A stretch of 64,000 nucleotides of DNA from NCBI GenBank assembly GCA_028279725.1, contig JANQNE010000011.1:25872-89871 (forward strand). The letters run 5' to 3'. Origin of the DNA: Candidatus Nanoarchaeia archaeon (GTDB lineage: Archaea; Nanobdellota; Nanobdellia; Woesearchaeales; JANQNE01). The number at the start of each line of letters is the position of its first letter. Position 1 is the stretch's first letter. Under the pieces are notes generated by a model. That model saw only the letters and a list, made by a program, of their open reading frames with translations, had not been told where the DNA came from and did not search any database. Of the stretch, positions 63,302-64,000 are shown piece after piece. The translations under genes and the position numbers were made by a program.

Positions 63302-63981
63302 ATCAGTTTTTTTGTTTTTTTTCTATAGTCCAGAGTGATATGGTCTCCGTTATATAAGTTCTCTTCTGAAATGTATACTTTATTATCTTTGATCTTTACG
63401 TCTGTAAATTTTTCTCTGCGACATGCATCTATCCTTTTCGCTGTAAACTCATAATTTCTTAAGTCAAAAGGAAACTCAAAAACGCCGTCATATTTATTTG
63501 TCAGTTCAATAAATTTGTGCTCAAAATAATCCTCTTTTATTGTTCCGTGATTTAAGTCACTCATACATGTAGGATGTACAGATAATATCTCAACTTTGTA
63601 TTTTTTCCCCTGTTTTAGCTTGTATTTTATGATGTACTGCACTCTCTTGTCTTCCTCTTCATGGCTTGTTATATCCCTTCCAAATTTCAATAAATAACCA
63701 TCCAGCCTAACTTCTATCTTGTAGTTGCTATTTTCTCCTGTGGGTGTTCCTCTAAAAAAATGATAATGGATATTGTCCTCTAAAGCCTTGATATAAACAG
63801 TGGTTCTTTCTACCACATACATATTGTATTGTTTATCTTTTTTATTCGAGTCATAAACCATCTTGCTTAAGGTGGTCATCCCAAGCACATGATAAGGGTG
63901 CGGCCTCTGTAGATGAATAAGCTGTGAGAGCAGAGTATTCTCTGAGTCCTCTATGCCTAATATCCTTCTGAAACCATTCAT
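63295..63981 (-). CDS. hypothetical protein
   Basis: 228-aa ORF whose 3' end overlaps the convergent proS by 7 nt. No recognisable motif. Confidence 0.5.
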   Translation of the reverse strand: MNGFRRILGIEDSENTLLSQLIHLQRPHPYHVLGMTTLSKMVYDSNKKDKQYNMYVVERTTVYIKALEDNIHYHFFRGTPTGENSNYKIEVRLDGYLLKFGRDITSHEEEDKRVQYIIKYKLKQGKKYKVEILSVHPTCMSDLNHGTIKEDYFEHKFIELTNKYDGVFEFPFDLRNYEFTAKRIDACRREKFTDVKIKDNKVYISEENLYNGDHITLDYRKKTKKLIQ

Positions 63982-64000
63982 TATCTGTTCTTTAAGCAGC

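Overview
AT-rich, very gene-dense window, and archaeal by content: ribosomal protein S17e, Alba, class I LysRS, an intron-containing tRNA-Arg, AbrB-PhoU, and TATA boxes about 25 nt upstream of leaderless starts, with GGTGA-type Shine-Dalgarno sites inside operons. I saw no rRNA, CRISPR array, transposase or integrase. About a third of the window (16.5-37.2 kb) is a complete folate-dependent de novo purine and GMP/AMP supercluster with unusual gene architectures. These are PurF-PurD and PurC-class II PurE fusions, PurS-PurL, a split PurH, a long divergent PurA and a fused long GuaA. Items worth a second look: (1) A ~95-nt intergenic hairpin element present three times (11.07, 48.76 and 59.0 kb) keeps its helices through compensatory substitutions, so it is a candidate new structured RNA. 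(2) An island of four sub-60-aa, extremely acidic paralogous ORFs (47.68-48.76 kb), missed by the ORF track, shares a YSEDGR...EEAxFMxGY core. (3) A 1100-aa protein with a receiver domain and a kinase-like region is translationally coupled to a PHP phosphoesterase. (4) A minus-strand operon combines a Ddl-like ATP-grasp ligase, two standalone DUF2156 (MprF C-terminal-like) paralogs, a FemAB/CelD-like GNAT and a Cys-cluster protein, which suggests tRNA-dependent peptide assembly in an archaeon. (5) Two amidoligase modules are present: RimK with a retropepsin-like protease, and GCS2 with an FGase-like and a ChaC-like protein. (6) An AsnB-Dph6 fusion. (7) A 650-bp poly-T intergenic region with a duplicated palindromic motif. 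All functional calls come from reading motifs in the translations; no database search was run.
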